Shown here piece after piece: positions 12,760 to 26,580 of a stretch of DNA of 64,000 nucleotides. The translations under genes and the position numbers were made by a program. A model generated the notes under the pieces. The model was not told the DNA's origin, did not search any database, and was given only the letters and a program-made list of their open reading frames with translations. The DNA lies in the NCBI GenBank assembly GCA_050575255.1, contig JBNZDD010013726.1:4609036-4673035 (forward strand), written 5' to 3'. The stretch is from Harriotta raleighana. Taxonomy: Eukaryota. Each line of letters starts with the position of its first letter. The first letter of the stretch is position 1.

Positions 12760-13430
12760 ATGACCTAGTAAATCTAGATTTCCAAAAGGTATTTGACAAC
12801 AACAGCATATGATCTTTATGCAATTCCAAGCCCCGTGTGAAAGAGTTCACCAACTAGGCATCAAGGTCATGCCATTTATATGGACCAATTTGGGAGAACT
12901 GGAATCAGAGGAGGTGGAGGAGAGTTTGACTGAGTGTGCACAAGAGCTGACAAATGACAAATGAAATTCAATGCAAGGTACTTTATATATGAAGTAAAAA
13001 TGGGAGGCACATGTACTGGTCACCATGGTCACTTGTCAAGGTAACCTAGGAATGTCACTTGTCTCAAAACTTTCTGCACTAAAACAATGTGAGGCAGCAA
13101 CAGGATGCCGGGCAATATTGCCAAATCAATTGAGTTTAGATCCACACAAGTCATAGTCAAGCTGTGCAGTGCTCTATGCTCTAGATAGACTGCAGCTAGA
13201 ATATACAGTTCTTGTGGCTGCAATGTAAGAGGAAACAACAAGAATGATCTCCAGTACTTGAGAAATAAGGTACGAGCAACTATTGACAGTTTGGGGCTCT
13301 TCAGGATAGAAGAGAGATGTCTCAGCGGAAAGCTTTTGGTATGTGTATAAGAATTTAAATGGGATTGAAAAAAAACTCAGAAAACTTTCAGATGTGCCTA
13401 AATAGGAGAAAGAGGACATAGGTTCAGGGG
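12760..13430 (+). mobile_element. Highly decayed CR1-like RT remnant
   Basis: CTAGATTTCCAAAAGGTATTTGACAA (LDFQKxFD motif), CAGCTAGAATATACAGTTCT and GTGTATAAGAATTTAAATGGGATTGA; many indels. Confidence 0.6.
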
Positions 13431-14824
13431 TCACTTCATCTGAATCTCCCTGGCACCATGTGTTTGGTACACATTAATCTTTTAAGGGCAAATAATATAT
13501 TTGTAATCATGGGATGTCTTGAATATCCATCGAATGATGCTTGCGTGCCACTGGGAGTGTATGTGGTGGTGGGGAAGGATACTATGTTTTGTACTAGTCT
13601 AGGATGTCTTGTTCAGTGACCTGAATTTTATAGGCATGAAAAATCAGCTTCAGTACTACAGTGATGTTAGGGTCATGTTTCAATGGTTTGTGACATTTTC
13701 CCCAAAAGTCCAATAGCAAATGAGGAAATGCCTTTGATCTCTGATGGGCTAAGTGCTGGATATGCATCTGAATCCTTGGCAACATATTGGAGGGAGGAAA
13801 CAGATTGATCCCCGACGGTAGTGTTAGCAATTAGTCCAAGACACTGGCAGTTTGTGTCTAGAGGAAGCTTGTTCCAATTGTGTGCCAGATAAGATCAGTT
13901 CACACCTGACATCTGAACTGTGTGAATCTAAAGTTTGAATTGATCAGAACATTCAGACCCACTAATGAACCTTTGTCAGCTCTTAGCCAAACCACTAGGT
14001 GGGAGCATCAGTGCAAAAAGCAATTATTTGTTGTGCAATTCTTCTGGACCTAAACAACCTCCCTCCAACCCTCTGCCCCAGGAACAGCTTCCCATCCATT
14101 CATGTTGTCAGAGAATGAAAGACCGAAGGTAATCAAGAGGATCGGATAACCAAATAAACATTCTGCTCCTAGTTGCAGTCTAACTAAACTGAATTACTCC
14201 ATGTTCTTTGCATGCCGTAGATTTTCAAATGACCTGTTTTGAATTGGAATGATGAAGATTGCTGAAAATATTGCTTCCCACCAATATTAGTTTTGATGAG
14301 ACTGGATACTCCTTGAATAATATAGCGTAGAAGTTAACCTGATATCACTGATGCAATACAAATTCTTGCAAAGTTACATGAAATGTGCCATTAGTCAATG
14401 GCAGTAACAAGTATCAAATTACACAGCGGAGGCATTTATCAAACTGTGATACCATGATGGCATGGGCAATCGGAGGTACAGCATTAAGTGTCTTTATATT
14501 TATTTTATGCATCAGGAAGATAAATGATGAATTAATATAACAATGCAGATATCATTCCATTCTCAGTTCTTTTGCTGTAAAAACTGAATAATCTGGGGAG
14601 ACTGGGATAACATTTTCAAAAATGATGACATAACAGTTTATGAGTTATGTGGGCTCAAGATCATGAAATGGTAAAAATCTACTGTTCCATTAAGTAACTT
14701 TTATTTCCCTAATCACTGCAACATTCAGCTTTTTTTCCAAGAAACGGAACTCATACTTACTAACAATTCTGCTACAGAAGCCTGTTAAACAGTTTTAAAG
14801 AACTAAAATGGAAAGATTACTAAC

Positions 14825-15023
14825 CCCGGAGGAATCCTTGATTTTCTGAGCAGTATCTTTTTCTTTCTTGCCTTTTCTGTTTTGTTCAATTTTGCGTTTT
14901 GTTCCAGCCACCTTCATTTTACTTTCACTCTCCTGGGGGCTGTTATCCTGTTTTCGAGGTTTAACTGGCGGCAAAGGCTTGTCTTCTTCTCCTTTTATGT
15001 ATCTTTCATACGGCAGGATCAGT
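14825..15023 (-). CDS. ARID5B: ARID5B coding exon (exon 9 equivalent; end of the ARID domain plus basic region)
   Basis: Acceptor TTATTACAG|A, donor GGG|GTTAGT; 199 nt, phase 2-0. Encodes LILPYERYIKGEEDKPLPPVKPRKQ...KDSSG. Confidence 0.95.
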
Positions 15024-18000
15024 CTGTAATAACCACAAAACCTACTTGTTATCAATGTCCACACAAATTGCAATAATTAGGCCACCCTTAATATCAGCCT
15101 CTCATGCTTTATTCTAAAACAATGCCAAGAGAGGGAGGTTTACTTTCAGAAAAACACATCAGGCTGCATTGACTAAGCAGAGCTTGTAAAATACTCCACA
15201 TTCTCTGTGGTTTCCTGGTTCTGCTCACTGGGAGGCAAGTGATGGTGAAAATCAATAACTGAGACCACAAGAGGTATTTTGTATGGTCCTTTTCAGTCTT
15301 TTTATCGTTTGTGAAGAAAGTAAAATATAATTAAGAAAGGGGATGGGACTGCAGTAAAGTTTTATTTGGATACAAGGATTGTAGTGATTAATAAACCTAA
15401 CAGGGATTAAAGTTAGACTGAAGCAATTATATATATATTATATATTCACAGTGCTCCAAAGATCAAAATCTATTTTCTAATCAAACAATGTTATACAGTT
15501 TAATTATAAATAACTGCACACTAAAACAGTATTTAATTTGAAAAAAGCATTAATCTTTTTCTAATTTGTAAAAGCTAAAGATGTCATCCACTAAATATTT
15601 TATTGCTAAGGCACAAAAATTATCATCTTAGATATTCGCATTCTACGTGCACAGGGGCATGAACTAGCCTTTACTGGCAGTAAAATGGCAATGTGCCAGC
15701 AATAATGCTTCAGTAGAAGACCACAGGGTATATTTATCATTAGATGCCATTACAAAGAATGTTTAAATATGTTACAGCTGCTAAAACTGGAAAAGGTCTT
15801 TCTATGCACTGGAAATGCACACTGATATCAAAATAATGAGGATCAGCCAAATTCCTGGTCCCTGCAGTAATGGTGTAGTAACGTTTATATAATGAATAAC
15901 ACATTAATGCACTGGATAGCAATTTGGCTCACATTATGTTCTATTAAATGCGAATTGCAAAAAACAATATTTCTTACAATGATCTACCATAGATTAATCC
16001 TGTGTGATCTTTTTTTACAATGTATGATTGCTTAGATTAAACCCTGATGCTCGTCTTTGTACATTTTATTTGGGAAGGAAATCTAATACATTTTTAATGT
16101 TAAAAAGACTTCTAAGAACAATGCTAAACCATACTGAACAGCTAAATGCAGAAATATTTCTTGTGGAACCCAAGGGATGATAAACAAATATGGGAATTAA
16201 ATAGCGAAAACATCCTTTTGCACAATGTGAAGCTACATATAATTAATGGAATAACATTTATAGCAATGGACAATGCAGCAAAACTTATGTTAAATAAGCT
16301 GTTAAGTGCTTCCTGTTGCGTCGATTCTGTTTTTCCCTCTTCTCTACTGCCATAGGCAGTGTATACAAAGCTATTTCTATCCAGTGCATTGGCTATTCAT
16401 ATTTAAAAAAAGTTACCACTCCTGGAAACAATGATGTTATTCTTGCAATATGATGTGATTTAATTGATTTGAGGTCATACAATAAAAATTCTTATATCGT
16501 GTGAACATTCTTATGTTGATCCTAGTCTGGACCAAAATGGAAATTTTAAATTCAGCAAGATGATGCCCAACAAGATTAATGATCTCACATTCTTTCCACT
16601 TTCCTATCTATGGAGTTTTTCTGAAAATGACTCCTCCTCTTTCTTTTGAAATACAAAACTATCTTCAAAAACAGATTTGTTTGTTAGCAATTAGGTACTA
16701 TGGCTACAATTTCCTTTTGAATCTCTTTTAACTGTTCAGCTGGGACTGAAACATTTAATTTTATTTTATTTTTCACAGAGCTCAGCAGCTGGCAGTGAGA
16801 CAAGAGTAAAAATACATTTAACACAGCTGGTCAGGGGCCTTCTGCCAACAGCAGGAAATCTAGAATGAAATGTTCCTTGTATCTGGAGAGTCATGACTAA
16901 GGTAAAATCAGAATCAAAACACAAGATTTGGTTGTTCCAGGCTATCAATTTTTATCTGAGCCAATCTGCTGCTGCATCTCTGATACTGGGCAGATCATAA
17001 ATTTTACCAACAAAACAGGCAAAGGGAAAACTTACAAGAACATACACTGGGATACCCTGGGGATTTGAGTTAAGCTTAAAAAACACAGTCTGGAACACTG
17101 GCACTTAGTGCATAGACTTCCGTTTACTGTTAATACAGAGGACATGTCTCTATAGTAAGCTTGTAATGGTGCAGGACAATGTACAACATTCAATTTTACA
17201 AATTGTTTCCCTATATTCATTACATCCAGTAATGGGATTGAAATTCTATATATATATATATCAAGAGACTTTCAAGAATCTAAATTTGCTGTTTGGCTGT
17301 GGGAAATATCTTAATTTATTTTATTTTTGTGAAAAGGGAGGGAGTGGGAAGAGGAATGGGCATTCAAAGGTCACTCCAACATTTAAAGACAGGACCTATT
17401 CTGTCTTCAAGCTGAAAGATTAGTTTTGTTTCAGTTTTTTTTGAGTAAATGAGAATACAATCTTTTGTTAAGCACTTTATCTGGAAACCAGAGGAAACAG
17501 TCTAAACACTTACTGGCGGGGATACAATGAAAACAACAGCTGAACACAATTCCCAAACTGTTTATGTTCACTTTGTATTTGCTTCTTTTGCATGCAGATT
17601 TGAAGAATTTGATATGGTCTAATTTTCCAACCACATTGAGCTGCAAGAAAGCTATGGTCAAATTCTCTTGAGGTGCAAACATTAAATCTGGAATGTTTTC
17701 AAGTTATAATATTTCCTTCATATAATTGTTTTATTTAGAATGATTTTATTCACGCAATGTACTGATGGAATTTTTTATTAAAAAAACTTATTTTTCTGGT
17801 AAGGCAGTTAACCATGAGAACAGCTGAACAAACATGATATATTACCTCACATAAATAGCTCACACACTCTCATTAAATTCTCCCTAGTCATAAACCTTCT
17901 TCAAGCTATTACTCTAAGAATGCTGACATTACACATCATACCATTATTTTGTTTTTCAGATCGTGCAACATTTCAAGAATAGAAGCTGGGATGGTGAAAA

Positions 18001-19479
18001 TGACTGTTTTAGCAGTCCTAGCAACTGTTATTTTGTTGATGTCTAAACTTATTATACAGCAACAGCTGTGTCCTTGTCACATTGCCCTGTAATTCTCTTT
18101 TGCTTTGACATTTCATGAATAGTAACAGTAATAGGCTCTGTGCATATTATGGCAGCTGTAAAATTGGATAGGTATAAATCATTGTTAGCTCTGAAATTAA
18201 TCAATTCTAACTTGTAAGGTGGTTCACAGAAAAACAGTTCCAAAAAGAGAATTGATCAAAATTGATTTGGTTGCTGCCTTTAGTAAGTCATCATTGACAT
18301 TCATAGACAGAATCAAGGGCTCACATCATATGAATCTGGTCAAAACAACTAATATTGCTGAACTGTAACTTTAATAATAGTGAAGACTAGCAGAATAGTG
18401 GAATTGCTGAACTGTAAAAAAAATACACCAGTTGCAAACTGTAGAGCAATGCAAACTGTAGCCTTAGAAAGACAAATAACTCGCCCTTCATGCAGGATAG
18501 TATCTCAAATTGATTTGACAATAATGACAAACTGTTTCTATACACAGTAATCTGCAAGCTCACAATGTAATTTCAGTACTAGTTACCTGACTCAAGCTGT
18601 TTTTCATATATACTGTAGATGTTTAGACTTTGTCAATGAAGGCCTGTCTTATTGCATCTATTTCTTATCAATTAATTCCATTATAAACCTGATAAGATAC
18701 CAAATGATAAAATACTCCACTCCTGCAATGTGATACATAGTAAAACAGGAAACAACAGACTAGCAGCAGTGGGCAATTGGAATGGAGATTACGCACCATG
18801 ATGGTCAAGAAAGGTAAACAAGCTTAGAATCCAACTAATGAAGCTTGAGAAAATGTTCAAAGGTTTAAAATACTCTAAGGTTTGTGCAACTGTGAGAGCT
18901 TGGCTTTCATATTTTATTATGTAATCTGAATCCCACTAGTGTATTACAACTCCGCATATCAATACCAGGCATTGTTTATTCTCTGTATAATTGCTGCGAT
19001 AACTAATCATTACAGAAGGGATTTGAAGATTTGGGTTCTTTTTCCAGGATATAGGCATGCCTCTCATTACACATGTTTTTGAAAGTGATATTCTACTAAA
19101 AGCCTAATTATTCTTAATTTGGATATAAGAGTAAAAACATAAAACAAAGTCTCTAGTTATGGGAGATTCTAATGCTCCATTATTCTTAGATCTTGCAGTA
19201 TTCAAGAGTTATCTACATGTTTGTCTTTTCTCTATGATATGAAACTGTTCATTTTAACATAAAAATACTGCTTTTTCAAATTAGAAAAAGTATTGCAATT
19301 TCATTCTCACTCTATCTAACCTGAATTATAATCAGGCTAAATACAGTCATTTAAAAGCAAATATCCAGTTCATGTATCTTTTCAATTCTTAATTTGTTAT
19401 TTCTTTCCCTGCCTATAATTTTCTGCTCTCCTTCCCTTAAAGCATAAGCTGACATGCAGATCCACCCAACCCTTGTCCA

Positions 19480-19770
19480 ATACTTTTATCTGTGATCCTT
19501 GACAGGGGCCATCAGTAGGCTTTGCCATTGTGGGGTGGATGGAGGGGGCATGATTACCAAGCTCGATGCTCTCCTCAGCCAGAATCCATGTACCTGCACT
19601 TTCTGGCAAGAATCGCTGAAACTTTGGCTGACCTTTTTCTTCCTTAGCCTAGGGCATGAGGCCAATTGTAGCACACTTAGTGCTGCCCTGTCTGAGATCA
19701 GCTAATTCAGTACAGACAAGGGATCAAACCCGGGACCTCTCAGGTTTGTACGGTTCAGTTTCACTCCTGA
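19480..19770 (-). mobile_element. Old tRNA-derived SINE-like repeat (family not named)
   Basis: Minus strand GAGGTCCCGGGTTTGATCCCTTG (B-box-like), then CTGAATTAGCTGATCTCAG...CTACAATTGGCCTCA; a GC-richer island in an AT-rich intron. A weaker relative may lie at ~8535-8700 (+). Confidence 0.55.
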
Positions 19771-19989
19771 GAGTTGCTTTAGGAAAAATTCTGAAAACTA
19801 ATTCTAGAAATATTGCATTATAGATGCTCGATGGATACAGACAGAGAAAAGATGCAGCACTCATAATTTTAAAAATATATAAATTATATATATATATATA
19901 AATTTATATAAATATAGAAAGTTAAGATTTATAAAATAAATCGGAAGCATTTTGCAAATATTGCACAAATCAAATATGCCACTGCTTTG

Positions 19990-20577
19990 GTTACCCATCC
20001 CACATCCTGTCCCTACCTAAGACTGCTTTCCTTCCATTGCCTGCCTCCGATCATTCCTCATCTTCAAAAGCAGCTAAAACCCTTGACCACTCTTCTGTCA
20101 CTTCATGCCTGTCATTCCAATGCCCTTCTCACCGGTCTCCCCAGCTCCACTATCTACAAAATCCAACTAATGCAGAACTCCACCACCTATATACTCACCC
20201 GCTCTAAACACTGTATCTCCATCACACCAGTCCTTGCCATGCTCCACTGGCTCTCTTTTAGCAGAATGGATCGAATTCAAGATTCTCACACTTGTCTACA
20301 AATCCCTTCATGCCCTGCTTCTCTGACCTGCTTACATCCACTTCATAACCTGCAACCTCCACTTGGCTGGCTCTGGCCTCCTGCTCGTGCCTCGTTCTCT
20401 CCGCTCAATCCCTCTGCCTTGACCCCCGCTTCCCCATTTTAAAATAATGCCTAAAGACCTTTCTCCTTGACTGTCCCTCACCCTGGGCTTGATGTCGATC
20501 TTCACCACTGTTAAGTGCTCCAAGATGCTATCTACCCCACATGAAGGGCACTTGTACAAATGCAAGTTGTCGTTGTG
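19990..20577 (+). mobile_element. L2 LINE 3' remnant
   Basis: The translation SNALLTGLPSSTIYKIQLMQNSTTYILTRSKHCISITPVLAMLHWL matches the L2 ORF2 C-terminal pattern (LAGLP...LQL.QN.AAR...ITP.L..LHWLP). A C-rich 3'UTR and the tail TACAAATGCAAGTTGTCGTTGT follow. Confidence 0.85.
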
Positions 20578-22446
20578 GCCAATCCAAGTTTGTGCTGTGA
20601 TTATTTGTAAAAGAAAGACTGTTTCTAATTGTATTGTGATTTAACTATTCTGATTATGTTTCATATAGATTTTTTTCCAAAAAAATTGTTCCAAGGCCAA
20701 CAAAACACATTTTCCAATTGCTGTAGAAAAATATAACTTTTTGTTTTGAATTCAGCAAAATGATTGTATTTTCCAAAGCAGCTTTCTTCTCATAACCGTG
20801 GAAACATTTTCTTGTGTGAACAGAATATCTTGAGATTGAATATATTACATCAGACAGCAAACATTTAAGAAAGTCTGGTAGAGCTTCTCAGTTCTAAAAA
20901 AGCGTTGACATGTTTGAAAAACTCAATTGTTAAAATATATATATATATATTTAAAAAGGAAAATACGTGATGTGAATTGGGATGATATTAGGAAAGAACA
21001 GGCTTAGTCTGGTTCACAATATAATAACTTTAGGCCCAATAAATCTTTGAAAACCACAGAGATTTTGTCTGACATTTGGTATATCCTCCCGACGTCATTG
21101 ACATTGTAAATTGCGGACATCATTACTTTGATTATTGGCAACATCAAAGATACATTACTGTATTTAGATCTATTATGTTGACTCTGTACTTGGATGAGAT
21201 TATTGCTATGTAAACAGTTCTGGACATCTGTGGACTGTTTTAAATTATTCATAAGAATTATTTATTTGAGGGAAGATGTGTTAATCATTAAGAGTTTCAA
21301 ATACTGAGAAAAAGGATTTTTTGGAATCAGCAATTCAGAAGAATTTCTTGATGGATTTTCATCGCAGTTCCAAAAGGTCAACATAATACAAGGCAGTGGA
21401 ACACTCTGGTTTTCTTCATATTATGTGAGACAAACACACAGAAACAGATACAGTAACAGGTAAATGTTTTGAAAATACAATTCGAATTTGCAGGCAAGGT
21501 ATACTTTAAAAATGTATTCTCTTACGCTTCAGGCCTAAACGAATCTTATTCAGGAAACAGACCCAACTTTATTTATATTATTTAGAAAGATAGTGGCATG
21601 AGAGACATTCATTTAATTCTGTAGAGCTAGACTCGAGGCCATGTCCCAGAGATAAAAATAAAGTGATGACCTGTGGCTATCTCAAAAGTTTCACAAAAGA
21701 TCTGCCATGGTTACTAAATCTCAGTAACTATGCCCTAAGGACACTATTATATTTTCTTTTGAAAAAAATCTAGGACAGGTCTTCCTTGCTTTCATTTAAC
21801 CTATTAACATGAGATGTTGATGAAAATGTTGATGTTCTACCTTTATTAAAACAAATTGACACATTGGGATCATCTATCATTTTCTCCGGTTTACATTGGG
21901 TTGAGCAATGTTTAAAATATTTTAGTCATTTCTTGTTAATTCTCTGGCATAGACTGTTTATTATGTCAAGTTTGGCAAATGTGTTAAGATTGTTTCATGG
22001 AAACTCTTCGGTGGTGAGACAGTTTTCAGTTAAACCAGAAAGTATAAAGTTTCTTTTGAAATACCATTGATATATGGTCATAACACATTTTGAAAGCAAG
22101 ATAATTTCCTCTTCATTTACATTTTATTAAGAGCACTGGAGTGAAATTTGGGTAGTGGAGAAAATCTGAATGGCCTTTGTAAATAATTTCCTCTATGACC
22201 TCAATATTTCTGTTGTTTTTCCACCATGTTAATTATTCTTGCTACAGACAAATATATACACACCCTGTATTTTGAAAGGATAAAGATGCTAATAATAATA
22301 CTAAAGATTATTTATTGAGCATTCAAGATTATGAAGAGTGCAGATAGGGCTTCCAGTTTACAGGGTTTATTAATTTAATTTTGTTAGGGTTTATTTTTAG
22401 GAATTTTAGAGTATTTATAAATTGGGTTTTTGTTATTGTGATGAGA

Positions 22447-22737
22447 CTATTAATAATCCTTATATTTAATACACTGCTTTTCACATCTTGACGTCTCAAA
22501 GCACAGAATATATTGTAAAGTGAATTGGCTGTATATATGTGGGTGTAACGCAACAGCCAATTGCACCCATGTGTCACACACAGACATGGATTGAAATGAC
22601 CCATTTATTATTATTTTTTTATTGAAGGATTATTACTAGGCAAGTGGAGTAAGGAAACTTGCCCAAAGTTTCACCCTGCTTGGAAATGAATCTCGCTTGT
22701 AAGGCAAGTGCTCTGACCACTGAGCTACAGGACTCCA
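22447..22737 (-). mobile_element. SINE family A, approximately full-length copy
   Basis: Minus strand starts GGAGTCCTGTAGCTCAGTGGTCAGAGCACTTGCC (tRNA A-box-like) and ends GGATTATTAAT; homologous to the other copies in the window. Confidence 0.85.
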
Positions 22738-25699
22738 CATAGGAGAATACACACCTATGGGAGGAAGATAATTCTAATTCATGTGCAATGCTTCCTTCCT
22801 CTCAAACACTTTACAAGAGGCACCTCTGCACATAGAGGAGAATAGAGCAAGAGAGAAGCCAGGAGCGATGTATTCAAAGGACAAATCGCCACCAAGGGTG
22901 AACGAGAGAGAGAAAACTACAGCTTGCAATCAAGTTACTATTTCTCGTGGTTTTTCTGTTTTTTTTGCTAAACGGCAATTTCATATTTTTGTATCAGAGG
23001 TGTTTTATTGGTTTTATTGAAGTTAAAACCGAAAATCAGAAGCCATGTAGATAAACTGAACTCTCCCCTATATTTTAAAAAAATCGCTATGTAGGGAAGA
23101 TGATCAAATTTGTATCACACTACCTACCCCAAGCAGTGGTTATGTGAAATGGATTACGAGGAGGTGGTAGAAGCAGATTGTGTCAGCAAATTTCAGGGAG
23201 CGCTGAATCATTTTGAAGAAATCAATTAACGGGAAGTATGTTTTTTTTTAAAACTTTGATATTGACCAGATGGTCCTGTACATTCCTATGTAAAAAGTTT
23301 TTTTTCGTGAAGAATGCTTTCTCAGATTTCAAGGTCATCCTCTTCATGTCAGTCTGACTGGAGGCTGTCAGCAAACCTGCAGAGCAATCTGGTAGGGCAG
23401 TCGAAATAAGGAGCAACAGAGAAACTGATGCTTGGGGATTCAAAGAGCTTTTACTTAGACACCATAGTTGCTGTCCTGTCAGTGTTGTTCAAGTTAAAAA
23501 GTCGGTGTTGCAAATAATATCTTATGAGAAAAACGTATGAGGAATGGCTGCGCATTTGCCTGCCTGACCATTCACAACCTCAAAAGCAATGTCCTCTCGT
23601 CATGAGGGTTCCAGCCTCTTATTGGCAGGTTTCATGAACCTATGAATCTAAAGAGCTACTTTCAGTTTATTATCGCTTGCTCAAATAAATATTTGAAGAC
23701 CTTTTGACATCAGAGCCAAGGGAAATCGTTGCCTAATCTCATGGATTACTGCTCTGATAGACTGATCAGGTCCCATGTGAAAAGGTAGTCTCTCTAATGG
23801 AAAAATTTCCAAGTGGAACCGTATTGGTGCTTGTATAATATAGTTATAATATAACATATAATAGCCTGAGCTTTACAGAGAGACAGATAAATCCATTAGG
23901 CGGTGCAGTCAAAGTAGAGAACATCTAGACCTCCAAGACCACAAGGATTGCTAGCTCCTCTTTGATAGAGTTCAGAGCATCTGCATGATCTGAGGAGGAG
24001 GGTGGATCTTCCTTCCATCTGTATTTCTGTTACCTAAGGTGCATTTACTTTGATCTGTTTGATATGCTATGCTTTCAAGACAGTGCCAACTGCTTGAGAG
24101 AGACAAATTATACTGTTGAGTTCTCGCAAACAAGTCTGCCTTGTAGCCGAAAGCAAAACTTCTTTTAACTCTCAAATAGATAGCACTATTACTTCAATTT
24201 GAAAAATAATAGCTACTGCAGTGGGAGACAAAACATAGAGAGAAAGCACATTTGCGAGTTGTATTAAAGCTACAAAACTACATGTAATACAGAGGGTAAT
24301 ATTTAATTATGCAATTCTTGGCCGTCGCTTATTTGTGTTTGAGATCCTGCATCCACCAAAACAACAATTATTACACAATAGGAATGGAAATCATTTATTA
24401 AAGGCTGGTCATAAGTGCTTTTAAATTACAGAGATGGCATGTTGTAAATCACAAAGCGGTGGACAACTGGATGGATAAAGACAAGCAGACGGACGAGCAC
24501 AGGAGCAATGCTATAACATTAATCTTCCTGTTGCTAGCCATGAGTTATCCTGTCTTTGTAATTTTAAGATGCCAGTTGCAGCAATAGACCTTCAAGCCCT
24601 CAGGGTTCTCTTAATTCTCTAAATGAAGGAGATTATTTTCTATTATACTGTATTTCACAACCCACTTTCTGGTATGGATTCCGTGAATTGTTTACAGACA
24701 TGTGTGTATTGCAAATTAATTCACAAACTGATCCATGTTTACAAGCTAATTATATGGCTGAATAAAATGAATTTAAATACACTCTTAGCAGCAACCTCAT
24801 GGTGGGAATAGCATTAATGCTGATTCTACAGTTAATCATCTGTAATCCAACTAATTAAATTTGGTGCAGTGGAGAACTTTAGCCAAGTGGCTGGCAATTT
24901 GTATTAAATTCTGACAGTGATGGATAGTTTCAGAACAAATTAAGGCTGACTAAGACATTTTTTTCCTAAAGTACCTGAGCCGATTTGAATTAAAACAAAC
25001 TAGAGGCAGGTTTGGACCAGTTAAGCCTGCAGGGACATTAATGAAATCATCAGCATTAAATTGTTCCTGCTTTGCTTAAGATAAAAACATCCAGTGAACA
25101 GCTGAGATCAAGTCATAAGAAATATTTTTTTTTATGCATTCTGCACTAAGTCAAAGAAATCAAAATAACCTGTGTAGAAATAAAATAAACTGCCTTTTAA
25201 ATGTTATAATGTTAACCACAATTCATGGTGACAACATAAGGGATATTCACTGCTACACTTAATCATTTTATAAAGTCATAGAATGAATGGATAGCTTACG
25301 TGTACTTAATTATTGCTTTTCTGGGAACATTTCTGAAACTGATTAATTTATTATGTTCCAGTTTGTCTACAGTTTTGAAATGACTGCAGATTATTACTGA
25401 GAAACAAAATGTTTGTTTCTTGATTCCAACAAATATGTACTTAATGTTAATTTAGTTTCATGTCAAACATCACAGAAGTACAGTACACAGCATGATTGAT
25501 GTTACATGAAGTCTATAAGGAAACAATGTATTATCATCCCAAAACCCACCTGAATTCATTTGAAGGCAAATTTGTCTTTCTAATTTCATTATCAGTGTTT
25601 TTAAAGTCCATGGTTTCCATAGATGCCAGTGAGAAAAGGCCCAAACTAAAAGGTTGGTATGGAAAATCTACATTTTCATCTGAAATATTGGTATCTTAC

Positions 25700-25797
25700 C
25701 TCTCATAATGCCTGCGAGTGCAAGTAGCCGCACTTGTGCTTCCAGGATTACCTCCTAATTCATCATAAATATGTTTCCATTGTCGGCGTGCAGTTAT
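25700..25797 (-). CDS. ARID5B: ARID5B coding exon (exon 8 equivalent; ARID helix-turn-helix), not in the supplied ORF track
   Basis: Acceptor TTGACAG|ATA, donor GAGAG|GTAAGA; 98 nt, phase 0-2. Translated by hand as ITARRQWKHIYDELGGNPGSTSAATCTRRHYE(R), the same as the recalled human segment. Confidence 0.97.
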
Positions 25798-26428
25798 CTG
25801 TCAATATTACACAGTAAATTGGCATTAATTGACAACTTTGAACTGATCTATTTCTGACAGTGTAAACAGGTAAAGGAGTCACTTCAGGTTATCAGAAAGC
25901 CATTGAGTCCAATTTTCAAGGTGAATTAATGATGTGAAAATGCATGTGTGCAGTAGGAATTGCAAATGCACTTAATTAACAGCCAATGGAAAGGATTAGA
26001 CAATCGCCTGTAATCAATTGTAATCAATCCTCACAAAATGTAGTTCTCGCAATGGAAATCCTGTGAAGTATGTTTCAACGATATGATAAGATTCCATATT
26101 AAATGTGAGGATTATTTCTTTTTTTTATTAATCCTTTATATTGCTTGTTAATTACAAAATTGAAACTACTGACCACACTGAAAAACTTGCATGTGAGACC
26201 CTATTTAATAGGGGGCAGTAACTCTAGTAGTAGTATGTCACTCAATTTAAACAATCACAGATTAAAATTCTAGACCAAAAGTCAAAATCCTGGCCTCAAT
26301 TGTTGTTTGAATCTCACTACCTGTTCTGGTGAAATTGTTTGTTTGAGGAAGCAGAGAAATCTGCCCCATCAAAGTCCATTTCCTATAAACCAATACTGTG
26401 TACCATTAACAGAGGTCATGGCAAAACA

Positions 26429-26580
26429 AATAATAATAATCCTTTCATTTGATGTAGTGCCTTATTGAGTCGCTAAGACCTCTCAAAGGCTCCACAGAAT
26501 AAACCGCAAAGTGAAATTGATTGCAGTTTTGGGGAGTGAAACATGGCGGCCATTTGCGCTCATCAGTGGCTCCCAAACAG
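26429..26580 (-). mobile_element. SINE 3' fragment related to family A
   Basis: AATAATAATAATCCTTTCATTTGATGTAGTGCC...CTCAAAGGCTCCACAGAATA...GTGAAATTGA matches the reverse-complement tail. Confidence 0.7.

Noticed and set aside
19872-19915. AT-only quasi-palindromic (TA)n tract
   Set aside because: Ordinary low-complexity microsatellite.
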